DNA of 63,851 bases, filler included, from an uncultured bacterium (lineage in GTDB: Bacteria > CAYSBA01), in assembly GCA_964429075.1 (NCBI GenBank). It is 10 parts of 10 records of this genome, joined end to end, with 100 filler letters (N's around TTAATTAATTAA, not from the genome) between each part and the next. Parts side by side here need not be neighbours in the genome. Positions count along the whole stretch, not along the records: positions 6,553 to 12,997 come from CAYSBA010000081.1; positions 13,098 to 19,526 come from CAYSBA010000082.1; 8 more parts are not named here. One strand, given 5' to 3'. Below the pieces are notes generated by a model. That model searched no databases and had not been told where the DNA came from. It was given only the letters and a program-made list of their open reading frames with translations. Shown here one piece after another: positions 8,893-17,434 of this stretch (its first letter is position 1; every line of letters starts with the position of its first letter). The position numbers and the translations under genes were made by a program.

Positions 8893-10683
8893 CTATTTTG
8901 ACCTATAATACTGTTCTAATATTTTTTTTACCTGTGGGGCATCTTTTGCATTTGGTGCAAGCTTTATATACATCTCATAGGCCTTGGCACCACTATCCAT
9001 ATCACCAGAATTTGCATATGCCACCCCAAGTGTGCGATAGAGGATAGCAAATTTTGGCTCAAGCTTGATTGCCCTCTTTAAGAGTTTTACTGCCTTTTTT
9101 AATTCTCCTGATCTTATTGCTTCAACTGCAAGATTATTTAATCTTTTCGCCTCTTCATATGTATTAATCTCAGGTTTTTCTGATTTTGTTTTTAAATTCT
9201 TCCTGTCCGTTGCTGTTACAATTTTTTTATTTTCTGATGCCTTTTGAGAGGGTGTTGTCTTTTTCTGCTTTTTTCTAAGCATCATAATCCTTCTTAAGCC
9301 TGCAAGGGCTGTTTCGTTGTCTCCTTCAATATCTAGGACCTTCTGATAGTGTTCCTCAGCAGAATTTAGGTCGCCACTGTTGAGGGCACTTTCAGCCTCT
9401 TTTAGATGCTCTTTGATAAAATTTTTTTTGGCCCTTGTAAAACCTGCTACAGCCTCTTTGTAATACACACTATCCTGTGGTATTGAATTGTAGGTCTTTA
9501 GAGCCTCATCCCAATCGGACATCTGTTCAGCAACCTTTGCATGTTTCATTGACTTTTGTACCTCAAATTCCTTTTTTGCCTGATCAATAAGGGATTGAAT
9601 ATTTTCATCAGTAAGACCCTTTTTCTGTAATTTTTTCAAAAGGGCTATAGAGTCTTCCCATCTTTTTTCCTTCATAAAGTTATGGACTTTTGAGAGTATC
9701 ATCATCTTGTCGATGGCTTTGTCGCTTTTCTTCTTAATACTCGGAGTGGACTTTACAGCAACCTTTTTTGAACCCTCATTACCAAGCATCCAGATAATAA
9801 CAACAATCAATAGCAACACTACACCGGCACCTATTCCTATACGAACATGCTTTGTAATCTTTCTCTTTTGAACAGCCGCTTGTGAATCGGTCGCAAGGAT
9901 CGTTTGCCCTTTATCTGTGGTAAAAGTTTCGACCTCTCTCTGTTCGATTATTGTAGTCTCATCAGTGGGATTGTAACAGAGCCTTGTATTGCCAATTGTT
10001 ATGAAATCTCCATCGCTTAAAGCTGTTGAATATGTCTCTTTTCCATTTACAGTAAGATCACCCTCACCTGTTAGATCTGTAACCTCATAGGTGACACCAT
10101 TCCAGGTAAAACGGATATGTAATGGTTTTAAGGTGTTATCTGCTATTGTGATATCAGCATCAGCAGAACTGCCAAGGATCACTTCTCGCTTTGTTAATTC
10201 AAAGGCCCTTCCCATCATAGGACCGTTTCTGACAATGATCTTTGGAACCAATTCTGAATGATCATGGTCTGTTTTTAACTCAATTGGGGTCTTTTCTGTA
10301 TCGGGCAACTCCTCCTGTTGAGATATCCTGTTTATGATTATATAGGGAGAAGTATTTTCTTTAATCTGTTCTATGTTGTCTGTCTCTTCGAGTAGGATTT
10401 TATAATCGCCTATCTCTACCACAGAGCCGGGTTTGAGCTGGGCGATACCGTTTACCGGTTGTCCATCAATCTTAATTCCATTGTAGCTCTTCAGATCTTC
10501 GATGTACAGTCTACCCTGATGTTTGAAGATCCTTGCATGCTTACGAGAAACATTTCTCATAATAAGATTTATATGATTGCCTTCATATCTGCCTATTGTG
10601 ACTTCATTCCCATTGAGCACAAATTCAGCGGTATGTCCTTCGTCGTCCTGTATGATTATTTTGTTCCTGTTGTGATTTTGCAT
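8893..10683 (-). CDS. Two FHA domains, TM helix and periplasmic TPR region
   Basis: FHA1 has IGR..VSRKHA..DLKSYNG; FHA2 is degenerate (LGSS..H); a TM helix lies near aa 283-300; TPR repeats at the C-terminus. Confidence 0.85.
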   Translation of the reverse strand: MQNHNRNKIIIQDDEGHTAEFVLNGNEVTIGRYEGNHINLIMRNVSRKHARIFKHQGRLYIEDLKSYNGIKIDGQPVNGIAQLKPGSVVEIGDYKILLEETDNIEQIKENTSPYIIINRISQQEELPDTEKTPIELKTDHDHSELVPKIIVRNGPMMGRAFELTKREVILGSSADADITIADNTLKPLHIRFTWNGVTYEVTDLTGEGDLTVNGKETYSTALSDGDFITIGNTRLCYNPTDETTIIEQREVETFTTDKGQTILATDSQAAVQKRKITKHVRIGIGAGVVLLLIVVIIWMLGNEGSKKVAVKSTPSIKKKSDKAIDKMMILSKVHNFMKEKRWEDSIALLKKLQKKGLTDENIQSLIDQAKKEFEVQKSMKHAKVAEQMSDWDEALKTYNSIPQDSVYYKEAVAGFTRAKKNFIKEHLKEAESALNSGDLNSAEEHYQKVLDIEGDNETALAGLRRIMMLRKKQKKTTPSQKASENKKIVTATDRKNLKTKSEKPEINTYEEAKRLNNLAVEAIRSGELKKAVKLLKRAIKLEPKFAILYRTLGVAYANSGDMDSGAKAYEMYIKLAPNAKDAPQVKKILEQYYRSK

Positions 10684-10739
10684 ATATTATCCACTTTTGT
10701 AGATACCATAACGTTTATTACTTTTCAAGGAAAGCTCTG

Positions 10740-10768
10740 TTGAAAATTTTGAGTCCTTTTGTTATCCT
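10740..10768 (+). promoter_or_regulatory. sigma70-like promoter for trpS
   Basis: TTGAAA-N17-TATCCT with extended TG; the ATG is 8 nt downstream of the -10 and there is no SD. Confidence 0.6.
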
Positions 10769-10776
10769 GCCATCTT

Positions 10777-11754
10777 ATGAAGCGTGTATTTTCTGGCATA
10801 CAACCTACAGGTAAAATCCATCTTGGCAACTATCTCGGTGCCATTAAGAGGTGGGTTGAACTTCAGAATGAATATGAATGCATCTATTCTATTGTAGATC
10901 TCCATGCACTAACGATGCTACCCAAAAAGGAAGAGTTAAAGAAAAACAGGATAGAGACTGCTATCGACCTTCTGGCATGTGGCATAGACCCTAAAAGGAC
11001 AATCCTTTTTTATCAGTCCGATGTCCCCTTTCATACCGAGCTTGCCTGGTATCTTGCCTGCACAACCTCTATGGGTGATCTTGAAAGGATGACCCAATTC
11101 AAAGAAAAATCTAATATGACATCCCTTGTAAATGCAGGACTTTTTACATATCCTGTACTTCAGGCTGCTGATATACTGCTCTATGATGCAGAGCTTGTTC
11201 CTGTTGGAGAGGATCAACTACAGCATATAGAGCTTGCAAGAAGAATTGCAAGACGCTTTAACAACAAATATGATACAGGTTTTGTTATCCCCAAACCTCT
11301 CGTAGGTTACATACCTCGTATTAAGTCCTTCCAGGACCCTGAAAAGAAGATGAGCAAAAGCCTTGGAGAGACACACTATGTAGCTATCAGTGAAAATGAA
11401 AACTCAATCAGACGCAAGATAAAAAGAGCTGTTACAGATATGGGGCTACAGGAAAGGCCAGAAGAGATGAGTCCCGGGGTAAAAAACCTCTTTGAAATAT
11501 TGAAGGTACTGGGCGATAACGATGTTTATAATGAGATGATCAAAGATTACAATAGTGGGAAACTACTCTATGGCCATCTAAAAGAAAAGGTTGCAGATGT
11601 AGTAATAAGGGAACTTGCGCCAATAAAAGAGAGACGTTCAGTTATTGAAAAGGATCTAAAAAGGGTTGAAGAGATAATGAATGAGGGGGCAAAAAGGGCA
11701 AAAGAAATTGCAATCAAGGTAATCTCAAGAGTAAGGGAGAGTCTGTTTCTATGA
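10777..11754 (+). CDS. trpS: Tryptophan--tRNA ligase
   Basis: FSGIQPTG.IHLGNYLGA, YPVLQAADIL, VPVGEDQ, KMSKS; start at MKRVFSG. Confidence 0.97.
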   Translation: MKRVFSGIQPTGKIHLGNYLGAIKRWVELQNEYECIYSIVDLHALTMLPKKEELKKNRIETAIDLLACGIDPKRTILFYQSDVPFHTELAWYLACTTSMGDLERMTQFKEKSNMTSLVNAGLFTYPVLQAADILLYDAELVPVGEDQLQHIELARRIARRFNNKYDTGFVIPKPLVGYIPRIKSFQDPEKKMSKSLGETHYVAISENENSIRRKIKRAVTDMGLQERPEEMSPGVKNLFEILKVLGDNDVYNEMIKDYNSGKLLYGHLKEKVADVVIRELAPIKERRSVIEKDLKRVEEIMNEGAKRAKEIAIKVISRVRESLFL

Positions 11755-12560
11755 AGACATGTATCGTCCCCTGTGCTGGCCTTGGAAGCCGATTTTATCC
11801 CTTTTCTCTCTTTTGTCCGAAGGAGTTAGCACCTATAGGTCCCTACCCGGTATTATATTTCATAGTAAAAGAGGCTGTAGAGTGCGGTTTTGAACAAATA
11901 GTTGTGGTAACATCCAGACGCAAACACCTAATTGAGACTTTTTTTTCCTTTGATTATGAGAAAGAAACATTGCCTAAGAAAGAAGAAATAACAAACATAA
12001 AAAATATCTTAAATAAAATTGAGATATCATTTGTGTATCAGGAAGATCCAAAAGGTCTCGGAGATGCCATTCTTCTTGCCGAAGACTCCCTTAAAATCAA
12101 AGAGAGTGGTTATGTCTATATAATGCTACCAGATTTTATAACTGCATGTAATATGAAATACCACTTTCAAAAGATGAAATCTATTGTTCTTAATACCTCT
12201 GCTTCTGGTTGTCTTATGGTTACCCCGGTCAAAAGTTCAGAGATTGAATCCTATGGAGTGATCAGTTTTAAAGAGAATAAAGATGGTATTTCTGTGTTAG
12301 ACGCTGTTGAAAAGCCAAACAAAGAGGATGCACCATCAAACCTTGCAATTGTTGGTAGATACCTTCTAAGCAATAAAATACTTAAAAATTTAAGAACAAT
12401 ACGACCAGGTAGAGGAGGAGAAGTACAGCTTACAGATGCTTTTAGAGGTGTAAAAAACCTGAGGGCCTATATCTTCAAAGATAAATACTTTGATACTGGT
12501 ACACCTTCTGGACTCTATGAAGCAAACAGCTGGTTTTTTTCTGGTAAAGATGATATATGA
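11751..12560 (+). CDS. galU: UTP--glucose-1-phosphate uridylyltransferase-like nucleotidyltransferase
   Basis: AGLGSRF.P...PKE, Q..PKGLGDAI, VEKP, GRY, GEVQLTDA. Confidence 0.8.
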   Translation: MKTCIVPCAGLGSRFYPFSLFCPKELAPIGPYPVLYFIVKEAVECGFEQIVVVTSRRKHLIETFFSFDYEKETLPKKEEITNIKNILNKIEISFVYQEDPKGLGDAILLAEDSLKIKESGYVYIMLPDFITACNMKYHFQKMKSIVLNTSASGCLMVTPVKSSEIESYGVISFKENKDGISVLDAVEKPNKEDAPSNLAIVGRYLLSNKILKNLRTIRPGRGGEVQLTDAFRGVKNLRAYIFKDKYFDTGTPSGLYEANSWFFSGKDDI

Positions 12561-12997
12561 AGGCATTACTTCTTACAGTCACAATACTTCTTTCATATCT
12601 CAGACCTCCTGAGATATTTATTGCCAGACAGAAATCGGTTCTAAAGGGACTGCCGTCTGAGGTCCTTATACAGATTGAACAAGAAGGCGACAGTTATTTT
12701 AAGTCCTACAGGATAAAATTCTTAGAAAGAGGACTCCTGATAAAATCGGTTGACAAGGAGTGGGTGTTCAATTTTGCTGCAGCAAAGTGCAGGTCACCTG
12801 CAACTGCGGACAAAGCTCTATTCTGCTCACTCTCACTCTTTTATACTGTCTTACCAAACCTTGTTTCAGCACAGGACATTCAGGATCTTCTACACAGCCT
12901 CTTTGGAAAGGTCCATGTTTCCATCGATCTACATGAGAATGTAGTCCCTGCTTACTATATAAATGGAGACAAAGGGTTAACTATCTGCTTTCATAAT
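12557..12997 (+). CDS. Hypothetical exported protein, 5' fragment
   Basis: ATGA overlap with galU; hydrophobic N-terminus; runs into the spacer. Confidence 0.6.
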
Positions 12998-13097
12998 NNN
13001 NNNNNNNNNNNNNNNNNNNNNNNNNNNNNNNNNNNNNNNNNTTAATTAATTAANNNNNNNNNNNNNNNNNNNNNNNNNNNNNNNNNNNNNNNNNNNN
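12998..13097. other. Artificial contig spacer
   Basis: N44-TTAATTAATTAA-N44. Confidence 0.98.
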
Positions 13098-13695
13098 TAA
13101 GCTTTTTGTCACAAATCATATACTCATCACCATCTTTGATCTTCCTTCTTTTTATCCTTTTGTCGTTATACCATGTACCATTAGAGGAATCCAGATCCTC
13201 TATGTAGTAACCATCAGGCTCTCTAATTATAACCGCATGTTCCCTTGAAACCTTTGCTGAATTGACCACAAGATCAGATTTCTTACCCCTTCCAATTATA
13301 AACCTACTCTTTGAGACCTTTTTGGTCTCACCATCCTCTATGGAAACTATCAATATCTGTGGTGGTTCTTCCTCTTCCTCCTCTATTTCTTCAAAGCCCT
13401 CATCTTCATCTTCCATAATCTCTTCTTCTTCCTCCTCCCACGGTGGTGCCTCCTCTTCATACTCCTCTTCGTAGCCCTTTTCTTCTTCTATCTCATAGTC
13501 TGGTTCAAAGCCCTCGTCAACTGTATCGTGTTCAAAATCTCTCTTTGCCGTATGAGACTCCACCTCATACCAGGCAGTTTTTTCTCTCAAATAAATTGTT
13601 ACAATTGCATCAAGGCTGATCCCATGTTCTTCTGCAATTGACATAAGCCGTTCATATAGATCTTCTGGTATTGAAATGGTGATCTCTCTACTCAT
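13098..13695 (-). CDS. FHA domain protein with N-terminal RHH-like segment and acidic linker (3' end truncated)
   Basis: N-terminal ITISIPEDLYERL..IAEEHGISL, Glu-rich linker, FHA motifs IIGRG..VSREHA..DLDSSNGT. Confidence 0.85.
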
Positions 13696-14527
13696 ACAAT
13701 CTCCTCCAGAAACGCCTAAAAATCAACAATAATATATTGCAAAACACAAAAATTGCAACTAAATTGTCAGGTTTCTGCATAGAGCAGCCATTTACTACCC
13801 TCTGATCAATAAGTTGAAAGGTTATATCGTAGTTCTTCTCGGGTTTATACATATCTGGATAAAGGAAGCAAAGTCCATCTATATCGTCATCGGAAAGAGA
13901 AGAAGCACTGTCATCATTATAGGTTAGATCAGGGTACATGGTACTGTCTGGATTGTCAGGATTATGATCAAGACCGACTAAATGGCCAATCTCATGAACA
14001 AGTACACTCATTAAATGGATGGTACCCGTGCCTGTTGATGGATCATCAGAAAAGGAATAACCGATATCATTCAGCTCTATATCTGCATCAAGGATCTGAC
14101 CTACAAAATTCTTACTTGATTCTGATACTGCTGTAACTGTTGTCAAGGCGATAACAGCTGGATCATATACCCATGAAGAGTCTCTGAATATAATTAGATT
14201 CATATTGTTATCAGATTCAGGGTTATAGCCAACTGTCTCATTGTCGGTCTTACCTGCATATTGAAAGCTGATGTACGAACACTCAGGTTTCTCCCATACA
14301 GAAAAGGCATACTGTATGATTTGAAACTCCCGTTCACCATCTATATCCTCTGTACCTCTCGAATTAACATAGTATTTTACAGGTATATCTTCAATCCCCC
14401 AGAAGCTTGGATATCCATCCTTTACAGTCTCAAGATTAAATGACCATGCAGCTTGCATTATCGAAAACACCGTATACAGCAACACGATAATGTTAATGAT
14501 CTTCATCGGGTTGCTCCCTATCTTCAA
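13688..14527 (-). CDS. Matrixin (M10)-like zinc metalloprotease with MYXO-CTERM-like tail
   Basis: HEIGHLVGLDH zinc motif, Met-turn STMYP, ILDADIELN; C-terminal GCS + TM + RRFWRR. Confidence 0.85.
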   Translation of the reverse strand: MKIGSNPMKIINIIVLLYTVFSIMQAAWSFNLETVKDGYPSFWGIEDIPVKYYVNSRGTEDIDGEREFQIIQYAFSVWEKPECSYISFQYAGKTDNETVGYNPESDNNMNLIIFRDSSWVYDPAVIALTTVTAVSESSKNFVGQILDADIELNDIGYSFSDDPSTGTGTIHLMSVLVHEIGHLVGLDHNPDNPDSTMYPDLTYNDDSASSLSDDDIDGLCFLYPDMYKPEKNYDITFQLIDQRVVNGCSMQKPDNLVAIFVFCNILLLIFRRFWRRLYE

Positions 14528-15242
14528 TGTGTTCCAGAATAGAGTCTTTTGTCTTTTTATTAATACTGGATAGCTGTTTAAGCTGATCCTCTATAGCCAG
14601 AATCTTATCACCTATCTCATCCCTCACTCTTTCAATCTGTGAGTTGTCAGGATTACCAATCAATTCTTCTATCAACCTTTCATTTGCTATTTCTATCCCC
14701 GTCCCTTCAGACTCTTTCTGGATTATTGATTGAAGTTCATAGAGCTCATCAAGTGATTCTATGTTCAATAGACTTAGCACTCTATCTGTGGTCTTAAAGA
14801 GAGCAGGTCTTCCTGGTGTATCCTTTCTGCCTGCAATACGTACAAGACCATGCTCAAGAAGCGTCCTTAAGGCAGTACTCGAATCTACACCTCTTATTTC
14901 ATCAATCTCTGCACGTGTAATCGGCTGTCTAAAACACAATATAGAAAGAACCTCCCATGCAGCCCTCGATAATTCTATCCTAAGAGAACGATCCATCCTC
15001 AGAATAAACTCTGAGGTATCTTCAGAGTTGGTAAAGAAATATCTACCCTTTTGATTTCTGATAACAATCCCACTTTTTTCTTTGTTGTACTTATCAAATA
15101 ACCTGTTCAACGCATCGGTTATTTCCTCTTCTGTCACACCCTTACCCTCAAAGATTCTTTTGAAATCTTTTAGATCTAAAGGTCTTTTTGAGGTAAGTAT
15201 GCATGCCTCAAGGACCCTGCAGATGTATTCTATATCTGTCAT
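14493..15242 (-). CDS. scpB: SMC-Scp complex subunit ScpB
   Basis: LSRAAWEVLSI..RQPITRAEIDEIRGVDS, GRKDTPGRP.LF.TT. Confidence 0.92.
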   Translation of the reverse strand: MTDIEYICRVLEACILTSKRPLDLKDFKRIFEGKGVTEEEITDALNRLFDKYNKEKSGIVIRNQKGRYFFTNSEDTSEFILRMDRSLRIELSRAAWEVLSILCFRQPITRAEIDEIRGVDSSTALRTLLEHGLVRIAGRKDTPGRPALFKTTDRVLSLLNIESLDELYELQSIIQKESEGTGIEIANERLIEELIGNPDNSQIERVRDEIGDKILAIEDQLKQLSSINKKTKDSILEHIEDREQPDEDH

Positions 15243-16180
15243 TGCTCAGGCACCTTAATCTTTATTGCACCTTCGATCAACCTGAATTGAGCAGGCAAAA
15301 AATATGTATCCTCACCATCAATATCTATCACCATAGGGACCTCTGACTCAACAAAAAGGTCTTTGCCTTTTATAGCCTTTACACCTTCAAGGTCAAGATG
15401 ATCGCCACTGTATATCTTTCTTAAACCCTTCATCATCTCAATTGGCCTGTCAGGCTCTATAATAATACAATCAAGATTTCCGTCAAAGGGAGATGAGTCT
15501 GGGGATATACACATTCCTGCACCAAAATATCTACCATTTGCTACAGCCACATTTAAGACCCTGCCACTGTATTGAGAGACACCATCAACGCTTATTTTAA
15601 CCTCAACAGGTCGATAGCTGATGAGTGATCTAACAGTTGCTATCAAAAAGGAAAGCCTGCCTCCAAACAACTTTGAGCTCCTGTTTACTCTATATACTAC
15701 CTCAGACTCTATTCCAAAACCTGCAACATTTATAAAATATCGAATATATCTCTTTTTTGTCCCACGATCACTCATTTGCACAAGACCTACATCTATCATT
15801 CTGGTATTGCCACTCATTGCGGATTTAAAAAAGGATTCCCAGTCAGGAGGATTTTGAAAGGTCTTAGCAAAATCACAGCCCGTTCCGCAGGGTACAAAGG
15901 CGAAGGCACATTCGCTATCAATGGGTTTTCCTGAATCACCAAAAAAGCCGTTTACTACCTCATTTATTGTACCATCTCCGCCAACAGCAACAATGGTATG
16001 GTAGCACCCTTTATAAAGGGCATCTTTTGTAATTGAGGTGGCATCGTTTACCTCTTCTGTGAATCTGTAATCATAGGCTACCTTTTGTTCATCGAGCAAA
16101 TCTTTTATCTTTGTCCAGGTCCTTAATGCCCTTTTACCCTTTGCCTTTGGATTGATGATAAAAAGTGACTTCATGGTCAC
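15239..16180 (-). CDS. Diacylglycerol kinase family lipid kinase (YegS/BmrU-like)
   Basis: IINP, VGGDGTINEVVNG, P.GTGCDFA, NGRYFGAG, IDGE. Confidence 0.9.
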   Translation of the reverse strand: MTMKSLFIINPKAKGKRALRTWTKIKDLLDEQKVAYDYRFTEEVNDATSITKDALYKGCYHTIVAVGGDGTINEVVNGFFGDSGKPIDSECAFAFVPCGTGCDFAKTFQNPPDWESFFKSAMSGNTRMIDVGLVQMSDRGTKKRYIRYFINVAGFGIESEVVYRVNRSSKLFGGRLSFLIATVRSLISYRPVEVKISVDGVSQYSGRVLNVAVANGRYFGAGMCISPDSSPFDGNLDCIIIEPDRPIEMMKGLRKIYSGDHLDLEGVKAIKGKDLFVESEVPMVIDIDGEDTYFLPAQFRLIEGAIKIKVPEQ

Positions 16181-16184
16181 AATA

Positions 16185-16520
16185 TTATGATTTTGTCTTT
16201 TTCCTTTTCTTTGGCGCCTTTAATTTTATCGATATCGTAAGTTCCGCACCATCCATAAGATTCCTGAGAAGATCAGCAGGATCAATGGTCTCAAGAAAGG
16301 CCCTGAACTCCTTTGAAAACATATGAAAAAGCTCCTTTTTGGTATTATTCGATTGCTGTACGATATAGTTAATCATCTCCTTGGGGAGCTTGATCTCTTT
16401 GAGTAGGGCCCTTATGGATTCATCGGTTAAATAGATTGCTCCAAGGCCTGTCAGAAATACCTTTTTTATTAATTCTGTTAAAAATGATTCATTCTTTTTG
16501 TCATCCCTTACATCATTCAC
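16185..16520 (-). CDS. Hypothetical helical protein (phasin-like N-terminus)
   Basis: KKVFLTGLGAIYLTDE resembles the LxGLGA..LT.E phasin-like motif; co-oriented in the operon. Confidence 0.6.
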   Translation of the reverse strand: MNDVRDDKKNESFLTELIKKVFLTGLGAIYLTDESIRALLKEIKLPKEMINYIVQQSNNTKKELFHMFSKEFRAFLETIDPADLLRNLMDGAELTISIKLKAPKKRKKTKS

Positions 16521-16524
16521 CTTT

Positions 16525-16992
16525 TCACCTGTAGATAAGTTTTAGATTTACATAGGCCTGATTGCTCATGATGCCGTCTTTATCTTCGATAAAAAACTTC
16601 AAACTTATCTTTGTCCCATCGCTCAGAAGATCTCTTGATATGCCAAGATCATCGCTATTAATCCTTAAAAAAAGATCTGCTACCGTAGGATCATCACTTA
16701 CAATAATACTGTTGCTAAAAAAATTTAGAGTGTTTTTGTAGAGGTAGTAATAGTTGCCAGAGCTCTCAGATGTAGTCTCTTCTCCAGCATCAACATAGAT
16801 TAAAAGATTGCCGGTATAAAAATCTTTATCAGGTTTTATGATCCTAAGGTGAAAATATAATCCTGTTCCATTCTGGCCGAGATATTCTATCTTATCGATA
16901 GAGGGTCTATCAGCTGGTCCACTGCAATTCAGAAGCAGGAGAACAAACAAATAACATCCTGATACAATCAAAGATTTCTTTATGGTAAACAT
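16525..16992 (-). CDS. Hypothetical lipoprotein
   Basis: Start at MFTIKK; lipobox LLNC. Confidence 0.65.
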   Translation of the reverse strand: MFTIKKSLIVSGCYLFVLLLLNCSGPADRPSIDKIEYLGQNGTGLYFHLRIIKPDKDFYTGNLLIYVDAGEETTSESSGNYYYLYKNTLNFFSNSIIVSDDPTVADLFLRINSDDLGISRDLLSDGTKISLKFFIEDKDGIMSNQAYVNLKLIYR

Positions 16993-17423
16993 GCCTTTAA
17001 GATATTTCCCTCTGTATCCTGTGTCCCCTTGCATACAGTATTACCAATACAATCGGAGTTATCAGTGCACTTCTTTGCACATGTATATCCATCGTTATAC
17101 TGGACACACCAACCCTGCAGACAATCTGAATCGGCTGTACAATCATCCGCAAGATGCTCATAGAGTTCACTGGTAGGAACACATGCCATCTTATTATCAT
17201 CTACCTCTGTACAACTGTATCCATCTGCACAGTCTGTGTCTTGACTGCACAGCGCCCTGCAGTCTCCTTTGCGAGAACCGTCTGATCTTGCAACACATAG
17301 ATAACCATCCTGACAGGGATCTTCGTAGGAACACTCATTGTTTGCATCTATCACCTTTTTGCCACCACAACTCAGGATTGTGGTAATAAGCAGAAAACCT
17401 AACATAGAACTTTCGAACTTCAT
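16980..17423 (-). CDS. Cys-rich repeat lipoprotein
   Basis: Lipobox ILSC; repeated C..D.DC..G..C units. Confidence 0.8.
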   Translation of the reverse strand: MKFESSMLGFLLITTILSCGGKKVIDANNECSYEDPCQDGYLCVARSDGSRKGDCRALCSQDTDCADGYSCTEVDDNKMACVPTSELYEHLADDCTADSDCLQGWCVQYNDGYTCAKKCTDNSDCIGNTVCKGTQDTEGNILKACLP

Positions 17424-17434
17424 AAATCCTACTC

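Noticed and set aside
13350..13520. TCT/TCC-rich repeat-like tract
   Set aside because: Encodes the Glu-rich linker of the FHA protein; not a DNA repeat element.
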